NCBI GenBank assembly: GCA_016748015.1
Contig: JAAOMT010000222.1
Span: forward strand, 127,924-191,923
Reading direction: 5' to 3'
From: Geosiphon pyriformis uo1
Taxonomy: Eukaryota; Fungi; Glomeromycota
DNA length: 64,000 bases
Shown: positions 1 to 14,871 of the stretch, in pieces
How positions within the stretch are numbered: the stretch's first letter is position 1
Layout of the letters: the number at the start of each line of letters is the position of its first letter
Notes under the pieces: generated by a model
What the model was told of the DNA's origin: nothing
The model's input: only the letters and a program-made list of their open reading frames with translations
Databases searched by the model: none
Made by a program: the position numbers and the translations under genes

Positions 1-1249
1 GATATGTGCTGAGACAAACCTATATCTTATTCTTGGAGTTCAGAGGACCGTGGGTCCTGAGGCCCTTCGTAGAGGGTACATTGATGTAGGTCTTACTTAA
101 CATGAGAGATTTTTCGCTGTTAGAGGCGGTAAAGTTAAAGTTTACCCCTTGAGACTAGGAAAAATATTTGCAAATTAATTTTCATCCGTTTCAGTTTTTC
201 TCACGTCACTTCGTTTTTTATTGCCATAGAGATCACGTATCTGCCATCCAGACAAGTTTCAAGAGTACCCAAAAGCTACAGAAGCTTTTCAAAGTATGTA
301 TTTTATTATTTTGATAAATTATTTGTATATCAAGTTAGGAAATATATACAAATTGTAATACTCCATCAAATTCACACTGATTCCGGGATATTTTCATAGA
401 GTTGGCTTGTGCTTACGAGACTTTAAGTAAACCATCGAGTCGTCGTGCCTATGATCTTACTGGGAAAAGCAATTTGAGTGGCAGTGGTGTAGGATCCGGG
501 GAGGAGACATTACATGGTGCCCTATACCAAGTAAGAATTTTTCTTTTACATCAAATGTTTTTTTATCCTAGGCTTGAATTGAACTAATCTTCTTTGAAAA
601 ATCTTTTTTATCAAGTTATTCTTGGAATTTCTGGATGGGGATTTCGAGACCATTCGCTCCTTACTAAGTAAAAAATCAAGTTTTTATTCCTTTTGATTAT
701 GAGATACCTTATTATCTTCATTTCAATGAACTTAAATTTTACTCTATATACAGTTACCCTTAGCGAAAACAATCAAGGCTTTAATATTGCTGAAGATTCA
801 ATTGAGAATCTCCACAAGGTTTTTCTTCAGATAAGGGATCTTTTCCTTGGTAGGGAAATTACTTTATATTAAAATCACGCAAGTTCGAAAATTTTTCGCA
901 AGTCATTACTCATTGTTTTCAATCACTTGCGGCAATTCTACCATTAATTAAAGCCTGTCAGAAGTATTTGAACCTTGTACAATTCGAATTGATTCGACTC
1001 TACGAGATTCAAAACCAAATCCGATCATTATCTTACTTTGATATCTTTGGTCGACTTCGTCTAACGATGGAAATGGCACGTCTGGCTTTGACCATACCAC
1101 TTCGAATCGATACTGTAATGAAGAATGAGGCAAAAGTTAAGATGCTCACGAAATCTACTAAACAATCTAAAGGTTTATTAGGGGACGGGATATCATCATT
1201 GATATCGGGATTAGTAGATGTACTGGAATCAGTAGAGAAGTATCTTTAA
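1..1249 (+). CDS. J-domain (DnaJ/Hsp40-type) protein, 3' part, spliced; exons <1-85, 230-293, 400-530, 616-667, 754-849, 954-1249
   Basis: Five GT..AG introns (86-229, 294-399, 531-615, 668-753, 850-953) join in frame to give ICAETNLYLILGVQRTVGPEALRRGYID-RSRICHPDKFQEYPKATEAFQ-KLACAYETLSKPSSRRAYD...VEKYL*. HPD motif and J-domain helix pattern (LYxILGV...HPDK...AF..L..AYE.L.....R..YD) are present. The start lies upstream of the window. Confidence 0.9.
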
Positions 1250-3559
1250 CTTCATTATAGGTTTTTTGATTAGTCTAAGATCTGAAAACCTTGATTGTCC
1301 CCGTTTGCAACCCATTAATACTACAATCACCCCTCAATGACAATTCTTGAAATCTTTTGTTATAATTGATCCTTTTCTGGGCTTCTTCGTAATAGAATAA
1401 TGCTTGCCCTTGTAAAAATACAACCAACCCCTATCACACATATATAGAAAATTAAATGATACTATTATATTTTTCTAGATTATATAATTTTGCGGGAACT
1501 TTAAATATTCATTGCATTACTAGTAAATAGTATAGTTTACACTATATACTCTTTCTTCGATTTGGAAAATCATCCCTTCAACTTCAATAACAAACATTTA
1601 TTATCTGATCTAAACCCTACTTCAAAACAATCCTCATTCTATTCATTCATTTTAATCTAAAATTTATACATTCTCTCCTTACTTTGGTGACTAGCCACTA
1701 GTTTTCACATTTGGGAATCGATAGATTTTGGATGACCCTACTGACCTATAGTAAAAGATAGATTACAAGTCATCATAATCTGTTTATTTATTTCAAACAT
1801 GTTTAATTCATATCTAATATGTTTACTCTGCCTCGCTATGTTTTGAATTTCTTATATTATAATACTATCTCGTGCCACTTAAAAGTTAGCATGATAATTT
1901 TGTAAATATTATTCCTTTAATTGTTTACTAGTGGATCAAAACTATCTAAATTATTATATATTGCGTTTCTTTTAAACATGATTAGACAATTAAATCAATT
2001 TACATGTGAAGGGGGGTGTTATTTCCTTATTACAAGAAATTGAGAATCAAATGATCAATAATCAATGATGTCATTCGGAGAATCGGGGGTCGATGATCAA
2101 AAATTTTTAAAGTCACATGCGAGTTTTCAATCTTTTAATTCCTAATCTCATACCTAGAATATTGATTTGCAAAAATTTGGAAATATTAAAATGACCAGGA
2201 ATTATCAATGAGTATAACTCACAATTTATAAAAATGTTACATTAGAACTAAAAGAATTTAATTTTAAACGGTCATGATTAATCAAAAACCATAAAATTTT
2301 TTCTATACTAACTTCATTTTTTTTTGATAAAGTGTGATCCTTCCACATTCGTTAATATAATTTAAAAAAATAAACATTGAAGTTATTATAAAAATAAATT
2401 AAATATTATTTTAGTATATTAAATAATTATTATATAATATATTAATATAAATTTATTAAAAAGTTGGTAATATTATAATATCATAATTATTATTTTTAAA
2501 TATTAGAATTTATAATTTGAATTTTGATAATTATTATATAAAAAATAAAATTATAATTTAATTTAAATATTAAAATTCTTATTAACAAATTTATTAAAAT
2601 ATTATTAATAAGATTTAATTTTGAAAATAAAGAATATAGCAAATTAATTCAATTTAAAAATAAGTTAATTATGTAAATTATTTATTATTATCACATATTT
2701 TTAATAAAATATATTTCAAAAAGTCAATTTTTTGTTTTAAACATTTATATTATTAAACAACAAAAAAATCAAATTACAAAAAATTTAATCAAAATTACAA
2801 AAATAATAAAAATTTACAATTTATAAATTATTATTATTTACAAACAATATATTTAATTCAATTAATATTTTTATATTTAAATATTAAAATTTATTTTGAT
2901 ACAAAAATAAAATTGTGTATTTAATATTTTTAAATTATATAATCAGTTTATTTTTTTATAATACCAGTTTTTATTTTAACATTATTATTAAAAATAAATA
3001 TTTAATTAAAAAATTTTATTTTACTATATTTAATAAAAATATTTTTTGTTATATATATTTTTTTAATAATTAATAAATAATATTATATAACTAATTTAAA
3101 ACTTTTTATAAATTTATTAATAAATAATTAAATAATATTATAAATAAAATTTTTAATATTTTTAACATTTTTTATAATTTATTTTTTTTATTTAAAAATA
3201 TAATTAAAATAATGATTTAAACTATATTTTTTATATTAAATAATAATTTAATTAAATATTAATTTAAGTAATTATTTTTTTAAGTATTATATATTTAATT
3301 ATTAATTATTTCTAATAATCATGTTTTTATGCAAATAAAATAAATAAAAAAATTTTGTTAAAAATATTTATTTTATAATATTATTTTAAATTAAAATAAT
3401 ATATTAATATAGTATTTAATAGAATATTAATAGAAGTAAATCTTAAATTTTCTTTTAAAGTTTGCTTGTATTTTTTTATAAGGATAATAATTTCGTAAAT
3501 TTGTTACTAAAGTTGTAACAAATTCTATTTAAGTATAATTAATATGTTTTTTAATAATA

Positions 3560-6500
3560 ATTATGAATAATTTAAATAGTGTTTTTAAAACTAACATTAA
3601 TTTTTGAATTAATTATTAAATATTTTAAAAAATAATCATGATAAATTAATTGAAATATAAAGAAAAAAATTTGTTTTTAATAGATAGGTTTTATATTATT
3701 TTTGTTTATTTTTTTTGTGTAATTTTTAATTATTTTTGTAAAATTGTTTTTACTAGTATAAAAGTAATAAAGTAATTTAAATTTTAAATGTTCAAATTTG
3801 GAAGTTGTTTAATAATAACTATTGGTTTTAAGTTTTAAAAAATATTTTTAGAACTAATTAAGAAGAATTATGTACTAATTTGTAGAATTAAGAATTCGAA
3901 ATTAGTTTTAAAATAATAATATTTAAGTTTATCATTATGTACAACTTTTTTTAAAATCTTATTATTAAGTTTTAACTTATATAATCTATTTTCTAAAAAT
4001 TTATAAATATAAAATAATCTGTTTTATTTATAATCAAATTTTTTATTCTATTGTTTTTTAATCTTAGTTTTATGTAAGAAAACTTTATTTTTAACTTTAA
4101 ATTTATTGGTAGTAAATAATAATTTGTTGTTATGCCATTTTTTTTGTTAAGCTTAAGAATATTTTATATAAATAGCTGTAATTTATTGTTTTTTTTTAGT
4201 GTACTAAAAAATATATAACTTTTTTTTTGTAGTGTTTCCTAAAAGTTGTTTTCTGTAATTAATTAAATTAAATAAAGTTTTACTGTAAAATTAATTAATA
4301 ATATTGTTGTTTTTTATAAGTTAGATTAAATAATATATGTTTTATTATATCTTGTTTTAGTGTTTATATAATAATAACATTAATAAAATAAAGAGATTTT
4401 ATTTTTGTTTAAAATTAGTTAAGACTTTAATTAATAATTAACAAAATATTCTATTAAAATATTTGATAAAATTATTTGTTTATAGATAATAGAACAAAAA
4501 TAAAAAAATTTTAATATTAAATTGTTTATAAAATATGTTCTTTAATTAAATAAAAGTTTAATTAGGCATTTATGTTTACAAATAATGTTTTTATAGATAA
4601 AATTTGCTATTAATTTTGTATTTGCTTATTGAATTACTTTAACTTTAGGCCATTTTATAAGATAATAAATAATGGTTTAACTAAATTAATTTTAACTTAA
4701 TTAAAAGATTATTTAATTTTAATTGAATTTGAGAGTTCTATAGAGCATGTTTTTTTTTGATAATTATTACAAAATTTGACATATTAGTAAATATATTTTT
4801 TTATTTAAGACCAAAAATAGTGTTTTAATGTTCTTTAAATTGTGCTATTTTTTTTAAAATGTGTTAATAAAAAATTTAAGTATATATTATATAAAATTGT
4901 TTTTTTTTATATTTTTGGATTACTTTAAATAGATTGTTTGAGTTTTTGTAATTTTAATAGTAAATAATATTATTATATAAAAAATATTGTTTTGTTTGGT
5001 TTTGTAATCAATGTTTTTTACTTAAAAACCGAGTTTTTAATATTGTAAATACTTCCAAATATTGTTTGAAATTGTTATAATTTTTAGAATTTATTGTTAT
5101 TTATTCTGTTAATTGTTGTTTGTTAAGTTAAATAGTAATTGTAGTTTTTAATTTTGTCTTATTTTAAAAAGACAATTAATATTTATATATAAATTTTCTG
5201 GTTTGTAATATACAATATATTAATAGTTTGCAAAAAATTTGGTTTATTAAGTTTATTTGATATTTAGTTTTAAATTTTTGTTTTAAAGTTATTTATGTTC
5301 AATATTATTAATAATAATATTAAATTTTCTGAGTTTAAGATATAAATTAAAATAATAAAAAGCCCAAATTACTGTTGTTGTTTTTAATTTGATAACAAAG
5401 TAATTTTTTTCTGCTGGTTTTAAAGTTCTGCTGGCATAAATAATTACTTATTTATTGTTATTATTATCTAATTAAAATAAGATAGCACTAAAAGTTGTAT
5501 ATAAAACATTTATAGTTAATTAAAATTTTTTGTTAAAATTGAAATAAGTTAAAATTAGGACTGTTGTTAGCTTTTCTTTGAAAGTATTAAAAGTTTATTA
5601 TTATTCTAAAGTCTATTTATATTTAATGTTTTTGTTAATTAAATAATTAAAAGATTTAATAATTCTAAATAATTTTTTGATGAATTTTTGATAGTAAAAT
5701 ACTAATTTTGTAAATTTTTTAATTTAGTAGTATTTTAAGAAACTTTAAAATTTTTAACAATACTAATTTTTTTTGAATTAAATTTGATTTTTTTTCTATT
5801 AATAATATAATCTAAAAAAGCCAAACTTGTTTTTCTAAAATGACATTTTTTGATATTTAGCTTTAATTTTGTATTTTATAACTATTGAAAAACTTTTGTA
5901 AATAAACTAAATAAGCTTTAAATAATAATAAATAAACATTAGTATTGTTAAGATAAACAATTATTAATTGTTATAAGAGTCTAATATAAATAACATTTAT
6001 AAATTGTTAAAATATTGCTAATATATTGCAAAATCCAAAAACATTACATTAAATTCCTAATTTTTTTTTAAGTAGTAAAATCTGTTTTGAAATAATTTTT
6101 GAAATCTATAATAACTTGTTAGTATTTGTTTTTTAAATTTAATGTTAAAAAGTATTTTAATTTGCCAAAAGCATTTAGCATGTTATTAATTCATAATAAA
6201 AAATAAGTATCTCCAATTGTAATATTGTTTAATTAGTAATAATTAACACAAAAACAAAATTTTCTATTTTTTTTTTAACAAAAATTACTGATAAAATTTA
6301 TAAACTTATTAATAATTAAATAAGTTTATTGTTAAGCATTTATTGAATTTTTTTTTTGATAAACTGGTAGCTGACAAATAATACCCAATAAGCTTATTAT
6401 TATTTTGGTTTTGTATTTTTTGTATAGATTTAATGTTGAAACAAATTAGTTTTTTCGAAATTATTGTTGTTTTTAGCAAATATGTTAGCATATTTTATAA

Positions 6501-7900
6501 TTAATTGTTTAAATTGGTTTTGCTATTACAGTTTTAATTGTTTTATGTTGATTAAAATAATTTTTTGATAAAAACATGATAATTTTGCTAATAAGATTTA
6601 AGTTAAATTTTGAAAAAAAAGATCTAATTATTTTTGTGAAATTTGAAATTTTTTAAAACAATTTTTTTTGAAAAATATTGCTATAAATGATTCTAATTTT
6701 TAAATAACTATTTAAGATAACAATATGATTGTTAAGATTATAAAATATAATATTAAGTTTTTTGATTTTTTTAGACAAATAAATATTTGGAATTAAAATT
6801 TCATATTTTTTGCAAATTTGTTTATTGAATTCAAAAATTTGCTAAATAATAATAAATGTTAAACAGATATATGTTTTATGAACTTCTTTAAAAAATAAAA
6901 TAATAATTGTTTTTGGTAATTTAAGAATCTGATAAAATTTATTTTGTATGTTAAAAGCTATATTTATTAAAACTGTAAATTATTTAATTAATCTAAAATC
7001 TTGAATTTTTCTTTTATTTTTTCCAAGTTTTTCTTAATTAATTACAGATCCAAAATATTGATTAAAAATAAATAAATGGTTTGTGTAATTTTTTCAGCAT
7101 ATTCAATTTTAAAAAATTTGTTGGTTTTGTTTTAAAATATTATTGTAATATATCTAATATATTTTTTTTCAAGTAAAATACAGATTTCTATAAATAAAAG
7201 TTTTTTATTATAATTTTTGCATTTAAATAAGATGTAAATTAATTGTTTTTTTGGTTAAAATTTTAAATAGAAAACATATTAACTATTAGTTTATTTGTTT
7301 GTTAGTTGTTATTAAAGTGAATTATTAATTAATATCTTTAGACTATAATAATATTAGTTATAATACAAGTGTTTTAAATAATTATTGTTCTGTTTTTTTA
7401 GCCTAATTAAACCAAAAGTAAAAGCCATATAAGTTTTAATAATTGGTTTTTTTTATCTTTAAATTTAAAAATTAGGGCTTTTTTAAATTGTTTATTAAAA
7501 GTATTACAAATAGCCAATACTCTAATATATTGTTTTTAATACAAAATTTTCAATTTTTGAGTTTTTTAATATAAACTTGTATTAATTTTAAGAAGCCAAT
7601 TATTTTTAACAAAAGCTTAATATTAAGATATATTTATAAAAATTTTGATTAAAATAATAATTTTATCAATTGTAAAGAAAAAGTTGTTAATTTTTTTTAC
7701 AAGTGTCTTTTTTATATTATTTCCAATAATAATTACTGTCTGAACAGATTTTTTAATGTTTTGTTTTAACTTTTACATTAGTTGATAAGTGATAGTATTT
7801 TCAGTGGATTCATTATTTAGAATTAATCAAATTAATTCTTTTTAACTTCAGTTTTAGTATACATTATTATAATAATTTTTTGCTCTAAAATAGCTGTATT
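3560..7900 (-). pseudogene. Gypsy pol relic (PR - partial dUTPase - RT - RNase H - IN)
   Basis: Motifs readable after reverting G>A/C>T, e.g. YIRYITIIF*NKTNKFFKIEYAEKITQTIYL...IQDFRL (dUTPase motifs IV/V, KIAQ and GFGS) and VYLNN. Many stops. Confidence 0.7.
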
Positions 7901-10069
7901 ATTAAGTAGAAATAGTGATTTATTAACTTCAAATTCGAAAAAAAAATGTCTAAAACATTTGTATTTTTGGTTATTTTTGCTAATAGAATTATAATATTAT
8001 TAAGAAAAAAGTTTTATTATTGTGTTGTAGTTTTACTTTTCAAAAATATAATATAATAAAAATTTTAGTCTTTTGATATTGTAAAATAACTAAATTAAAT
8101 ATGAAAATGTTTAAATGTTTATTGATTGTTGTTGTAAGATATCAATTGATTATTAAAATCAAATTAGTTGTTGTTTAATTAAAAAAAGTTTTATAATATA
8201 AATTGGTTAAATTAAACCAATTTTTTTATTAGTAATTAATAATTTTAAACTAAAAATAGTTAATAATACTGTTGTTATAAAGCAGACTAATAATAAGTAG
8301 ATTGAAATTTTGGCAAGTAATAAATAAATAGTAATAAGTTATATAATTATTATTGTTAAAATGAATAATATTAATTATTCAGTTTTTGCTAATTTTTTTG
8401 CAATTTTTAACAATTACATTTTTAATATTTTAAAATTTTACAATAGTAACAATTTAAAGTTTGAAATTAATTATTGTTAGATAATAATAAATTTTTTAGG
8501 TTTTATCTTTGTGGTAATTAATATTTTTACTGTTAATTAGCAAAATATGTTTGAATTTTTTTGGTAAATTGATTAATTTTTTTTTAGTTATTAAATTGGT
8601 TTCTCTAATAACAAAGTTAACAAGTTTGGTATAATTTGCTTTTTTTATAATCAATTTGTAATTTTTAGTATGTTAAATAACAATAATTAAATTTACTAAA
8701 CCATATAGTCAGACTTTTTTAATAAATTAATCCAAAATTCAAGCATTAAAGTAATAAGCATTTGTTTTTATTAATAAATTTTTCTGAGAAGTTTGTTAAA
8801 TTTTCTAATATAAATTATAAAAGATTTAAATAGTTTTTGTTTGATATTTTAAAAACGGTTTTAAAAAGTTATTAAAGTATTATTTGTAAACTATTTAAGA
8901 AAAACAGTTTTGAAAATTTGCTAATTTGCAAAAAAATTGGCCAAGTATTTAAACTTTTTGCCTGCAGTTTCTTTAAGAAAATAAAAAATTGCTTATAATA
9001 TTCTTACTGTATTTTATCTATTTGTATCTTCTGTTTTGATAATTTGGTTAAGTTATTTTTAAGAACTGATTTTAGTATCTTTTCTAAAAAAAATTAAAAA
9101 TCTTTATAATATAAGCAATAACTATTTTTTATTGGTTTTTTTTTGTTATTTTTGGTTTTTGGTTTTTTTTTGGTTTTTTTTAATTAGTTTAAAAATGTTT
9201 CTTTGTTGATTAGAGTTTCTGAGTATTTACTTTAATTTTTAGTTAAATAATTAAGAAAATTAGTACTAATATAAATTAATTCTGGTTGTTAAATAAAACT
9301 TTTAGTAAAGTCTTCTGGTCTTAAAAATCAATTAAATAATAAATTTGATATCTGTATTTAAGCAAATAAAGCTAAAAAAAATGTAAATAAAAGTGATAAA
9401 TTAATACTTATTTCTTGTTTAGATATTTATATGTGTTTAAATATTATCTTTAGGTATTAAGAGTTATGTAAACAGATTTGGTGTTTTTTTTTGTTTTTGT
9501 TGCTGGTTTCAAGTTTAAATTCAAATTTAAAAACAAATTATAAGTTGATAAAATATTTTTTTTACAAAATTTAATAATATTATAGTTAAATTCTTCAAAA
9601 TAAGTAATGCAAATATCTGTATTAATAGCTTTTAAGTTTTTATTTGAATAGTAAATTAAATTTTCAAGCAGATTTTTTTTGATTTCTGTAATATTGTAGT
9701 TTCAAAGAAATAATTATTAATTTAGTTTTCAATATATTGAAAAAATGTTTTTTTGAAAGCTATAATTTCATCTTAGATTCTAAATTATTGTTTGCAATAG
9801 ATGTAAATCAACTGATAATACTTTAGAGTTATTATGTTAAATATAATTACCACTTTGATTTAATTGTTATTGTATTATTTCTAAGAAAATACCAAATATT
9901 ACCACAGGTTTTTCTACTCTTTTTTTGATGTTATTAATGCCGTTTTGTTGTTAATTCTGCTGTTAATAATAGTTAATAAATTTTTGATAAGCTAATTTCT
10001 TTTTTAAAGTATTTTTTTATATTTTGAACTGTATATGCTATTAAATATATTTTTTTATTTATTTATTTA

Positions 10070-10182
10070 ATGAGTAAGATCCAAATGCAACCTAGTGCTA
10101 TATATTATACAAATGATCTAAACTAGGTGCGAATTATGCACTTTTTACATGTGACCAGCCATTCGGGCCAGTCAGGACTACA
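10070..10182 (-). other. Conserved structured 3'UTR of the LINE family (also 18576-18699 -, 30038-30155 +, 43417-43539 -, 57754-57875 +)
   Basis: Hairpins GACUGGCC/GGCUGGUC, AUGUA/UGCAU and GCACCUAGU/ACUAGG(U)UGC are retained in the same order in all five tails. Confidence 0.7.
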
Positions 10183-13100
10183 CTATACATCTATATGCAC
10201 AGAAACCAAATCTCTAATATCTGAAAAAAATGGACAAAACCTACGAAACCCAAAACCAACTTCAAAAGCCTCAACCACTCCCAGCAATCTAACCACACCA
10301 GCCGAAAACACCTTTGACAAACCAGAAACTGAAACAAGAGTTGAGCTGTCACGTGGAATCAGACCATGCTTTTCCATAAACACTCAGTGTCTGGCACAGA
10401 CCAACCAAATGTCGTCCCGAAATGCAAGACAGAACCCACACACAAAGCTCACAATCCTTTTAGTACCCTCATCAGAATCATTAAAAACTGAGACAGACTC
10501 ACGAAACCATTCATCGAAAACAAAGCCTTTACACAGAGCAATACCAATTCCAACCTCAGAAACACAAGAAGCCAAAGTCTGTAAGACACAAGAAAAAGAA
10601 TGAGACAGGCCAGAAAGAGCCTTCCAAGCTGAAGCATGAGTGCCCAACAAACGAGCATGACCAACAGCATCCTGAGGACACGAAAAGACATAATCTGAGG
10701 TCTCAACATCACCACAGAACAGACAGACCACACTGGGGTATCTTCTATCATACAAATGCTTGCACACAGCAACAGGAAGCCAATGATAGAGAGCCTTCAT
10801 AAAGTAAGTACGACAGTTAGCTGTGCGCATGCTGGTAAAACCGGATGCCAAGTGAGAATCGGGGTGTCACATCATAGAAGACTTAGACCAATTGATATCA
10901 GCATGCAACCTATTATCCATGACATGAGAACCCACTCCGACCTCCCAACGAGCTCAATGGACTGACTGGAAAACATCACAAACAAAGTGTCTAGAATTAC
11001 CAGAAACTGCCACACCACCAGCACACAGAAAATGTTCACTGACCAAATGAGGTAGGCGCCAAGCAGAGAGAGCAGCATTTTTAGCAAGTGCATCAGCATG
11101 ATTATTGCTTGAGACACTTGAATGACCCTTCACCTTGACCCAATTCACATCCAAATTCTTCTGACAAATGACAGTAGTAATGTGACAACACTCAATCCAA
11201 TAGCGGTTCCTGAAATCTGGATGAGCCAGCGACAATTCCAACCTACACGCATCTAAAACAGCTTGGCTATCTGAGAACAAGTCAACCGAATGAGAAAAAG
11301 AAATACACTTAAGGGCCAAAGCTATGGCTTACAGCTCCGTTAGAGTAGAAAAAACCAAACCAGACACCCCAACACCCAAACCCAAGTTAATGTCCTTAAA
11401 AAAAACAGCAGCACCCGTCCTCACGTCAACAGAGCCCAGACCAGAAAGAGATCCATCCGTATACACAGAAAGACGGGCAGCTCCAATGGTCGGCAAAGTG
11501 TCACAAACCACACCAAAATCATGAGAAAGACAAATGTTAGACACAGCATGATCATTCGCCAAAAAGAAACTTGAAGAGAGAGATACAACACCACTAAGAA
11601 AGCGAACGGAGAGATCAAACCAGAAAGAAACTGGGCCACAAGGGTCCAGCCTCTTCCAACACTTGAAGGTTCTCCAACTAAAAACATCACCATTATGGTC
11701 ACGAAGCTGTTCCACGAAAGCAATCCCATAACGCCTGAACGAAGAGATACACTTGAAAAAACAGAAATCACCTAAAACCAAAGACATAGGAGTACCATAC
11801 CGATGATGAAAAGCACAAGCCAGAGAGCCCCCCAAAGACAAATCACACCTGGAAAAAATACGGACCACACCAGCCAAAAAATTATTTGAGGGACTAACAC
11901 CAACACGAACTGGAAACAGTAAGGGATGACGAGGACACCAGCTAAGAACCTGGAGATTATAAGACTTATGTGAAAACAAGCGACCCAAGACACCAGTGGA
12001 ATTTGCAAAAACAATAATGGAGGCCGATTTACTCTCAGCCTAGATTTGTTCAAAAGTCTTTAGATTGTACAGAGAAAGATGATGAAGAGCATCACTGGGA
12101 AAATCATGTGGCAATCCAGACTTGGACTTAAAGATCTTGTGTACCAACGCATCCCATTTACTACAAACACCCAAAGAAATGAAACTGAACTGAATCCTGT
12201 AGCTGATGATAGGAAAAAGAACCGCAGACACCAAATATGCACACTGTTTGTCTGAAATTGCTTTTCTCAAAACAAGATTCACAAAAAACCGTACATCAGC
12301 CTGAGCTTTAGCCAAGCTAGGCTTCGAAAGACCCCCAGAAGACAAAAAAATACCCAAATAGCAATGAGATTCCCCTTTCCTGGTGATGAAAATAGGCATG
12401 CCACTGATAGTTAAACGAGAGTCCAATACCCGACAGTTGATAGGGATGGCCACCATCTTGTCGTTATTTACAGAAATGTCATTGAACCTGAAAAACTCAC
12501 TAACAATATCCAGAATGTGTTGTGTAGCAGCCTGGCTGCTACCAACCCAAATAGTATCATCGACAAAAGCACCAGCAGCAAGAAACAAAGTCAATCCAGC
12601 ACAAGGATCTACTCGGCCTGTTTTAGAAACATAATGAGAATTCAACCTGTAGCCCCACACACTCTCCTGCCTCTTGACCTTGCACAAAAGTGAATCATAA
12701 AAAATATGCCAGAGAAGAGGTGAGAAAACTTCACCCTGATCCAGCCCATCGTGGACACAATACTCATCAGTTAAACCAAAGTCAGTCATCACTCTGTTGA
12801 CACGACCATTGTGAATACTGCCAAAAAATCTAATAAACCTGTCACACATTTTGATTCTGATCAAACTCCTCTTAAGATGTTCCCAGTCAACCAAGTCATA
12901 AGCCTTGTGCATGTCCTGTAAAACCAGCCAAAGTTCACGGTTCTTCTCCAAGGCATCCTCAACTACAGAACTGACAGCAAAAATGGGAGACTGCATTATC
13001 GTACCTTTCAAAACCGAAAAATTGTCTCCACGAAGAACATCAAAAGTGCCGCAAGCCAAAGAGATCTTATCTGAAAGGATCTTAAAGAGAATCTTGTGGG

Positions 13101-14871
13101 CCATTTCAATTAAAGCTATAGGATGGGTGTTCATGAGAACTCCTTCCCATTCATATGGTTTAGGAATCATCGAGATCCAAGCTTCCCTCCAAGGCCCAGA
13201 AACCAACTCACCAACCAGACAGAAATTCAAGAGCACCAAAAGCATATCCAAAATAGATTTGTCACAATGTTTCCACAATTCGTTGGAGATACCAGAAAGA
13301 CCAGCCGCTTTTCCATCAGGAAGATCTTTAACAACAGTTGACAACTCATCAAAACTGATCAAGCACATGACATCAGAGAAAGCACCATCAAACACATAAT
13401 CCAGAAGCCAAAATTGACGAATCCAATCCTCAAAGAAGTCAGACACCACCTCATGTTTTTTGGTCCATCCCTCCATAATTTTGTCCACCTTGGACTTAAC
13501 CAAATCGGGCTCTAAAATCAACTCTTCTTCTACAACCAAATGATCTAGGACCACCTTGTGAAAAGGATGCTCCAAAACACTTCTAATGGTGTGACCCTTG
13601 TTCAGCTCAAAACTCTCCATTCTCTTACCAATAGCCTGCTTGATCGAAGATTCTTCAGCACACTTGGATTCCAAAAATTTCAAAGAGTGGTACAATTTCC
13701 TTGTTTTGGCTAGTGCAGAACAAATAATATCAAAATTAGAACTTGAAAGAAACAGAGACTTAACCTCCGATGCACCAGGAGAGTCGAGTCTGTGCCACAC
13801 TTCCAACAAAGAAGCAAAACCATCACTCAAAGCCAAATGCGAGGCCTTAACCAACTTAGAAACCAACAGCTCCAGTTTGTGAAACCTAGAAGAAGTCCTG
13901 GTAAACACGCTGTCAAAACCTTTGAACCATTTTTTCTTGAATGTACCACCCACTGAAAGAACCATGATCTTGCGAACAATGTCCCACATAGTGTCCACAT
14001 CTGAAAACCTTACTGCCACTTCAAAAGCATTTGAGAACATAGAGGCATTGGCAGCTGAAGCATCCTTGAACTCCAACCACCTAGCATCATTGGCATCTTT
14101 GATGTCAAACTTCCAACAATCCCTATTCACCTGCTTGCAAAGAGAAATCAAGCACGTATCCAAGAGCCCACCCAAACCCAAATTCACTGAAACAGCTTGA
14201 TGATCTGTGTCAAAATGCTCACTGACATTCAAAACCTTATGATGCACTATCGCATTGACAAGACACGAGGAGACAAACACATAATCAATTACTTTTGTAA
14301 CACCCCTAGAATTTTCCCAAGTGGATGTTTTTGCAGCTGGGCTACCAACTAAAGAATTGACCAGACCCAAATCAAAGCATCTTTTGAAACTTGCACTTTT
14401 ATGAGAACCATCTTCATTAAAATCACCCCTGAGAATGACAAAAGAAGATTCATTAACAGCCTTTGCAATAAGAGAGTTAATCTCATCAGCCTGGGAAAAC
14501 CGCACCACCAAAGAAGCACCAGCGTAGAGTTCTAAAATTGACACCAAGAGCTTATTCTTGAAAAGCAATCTAACAGACAAGAGCCAGCCAGGCATTTCAG
14601 AAACTCTGCACACATGCCTTGCCAAAGAAGAGTCCATGACAACCGCCACACCAGCACCCAGATAACCAGAATTCAAACCAGAGGAAAACACCCGAACACC
14701 ATCAAACTTGTTGGCGATCCAGGGACGAACCCTATCCTTCAACTTTGTCTCAGTAAAAATAGAAACCAAATTTCCCATGTCCTTGTGCCAACGAACTATA
14801 TCTTCTTGTTTTGCAGGAATGTTCATGCCTCGAACATTACACGTAGCAACCTTCCAAATCAAACCAGTCAT
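10183..14871 (-). pseudogene. LINE copy 1 ORF2: APE endonuclease, reverse transcriptase, RNase H, C-terminal Zn knuckle
   Basis: Starts MTGLIWKVATCNVRG. APE motifs TETK, GDFN, IDYVF, TDH. RT motifs PIALIE, QDMHKAYD, GLDQGEVFSPLL, FVDD, YLG. RNase H motifs YTDGS, EL, SDSQ, KVKGHS..N..AD. Knuckle CLFCGDVETSDYVFSC. APE and RT are uninterrupted; in-frame stops lie downstream (12040, 11329, 10954, 10384). Confidence 0.93.

Noticed and set aside
402-587. 61-aa ORF 402-587 and 93-aa ORF 968-1249 as separate genes
   Set aside because: They are exons 3 and 6 of the spliced DnaJ gene; the first reads into an intron after 530.
2333-3400. Defined LTR pair, PBS and PPT for the Gypsy elements (TGTGATCC at 2333; weak similarity of ~2600-2630 to ~30808-30835)
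   Set aside because: Too AT-rich and degenerate to establish matching LTRs or a TSD by eye.
10140-10180. CUGA and GAAA words in the 3'UTR suggesting a hammerhead ribozyme
   Set aside because: The required CUGANGA core and GAAA-stem III-NUH arrangement are absent; CUGA is followed by CUGG and is not conserved in all copies.
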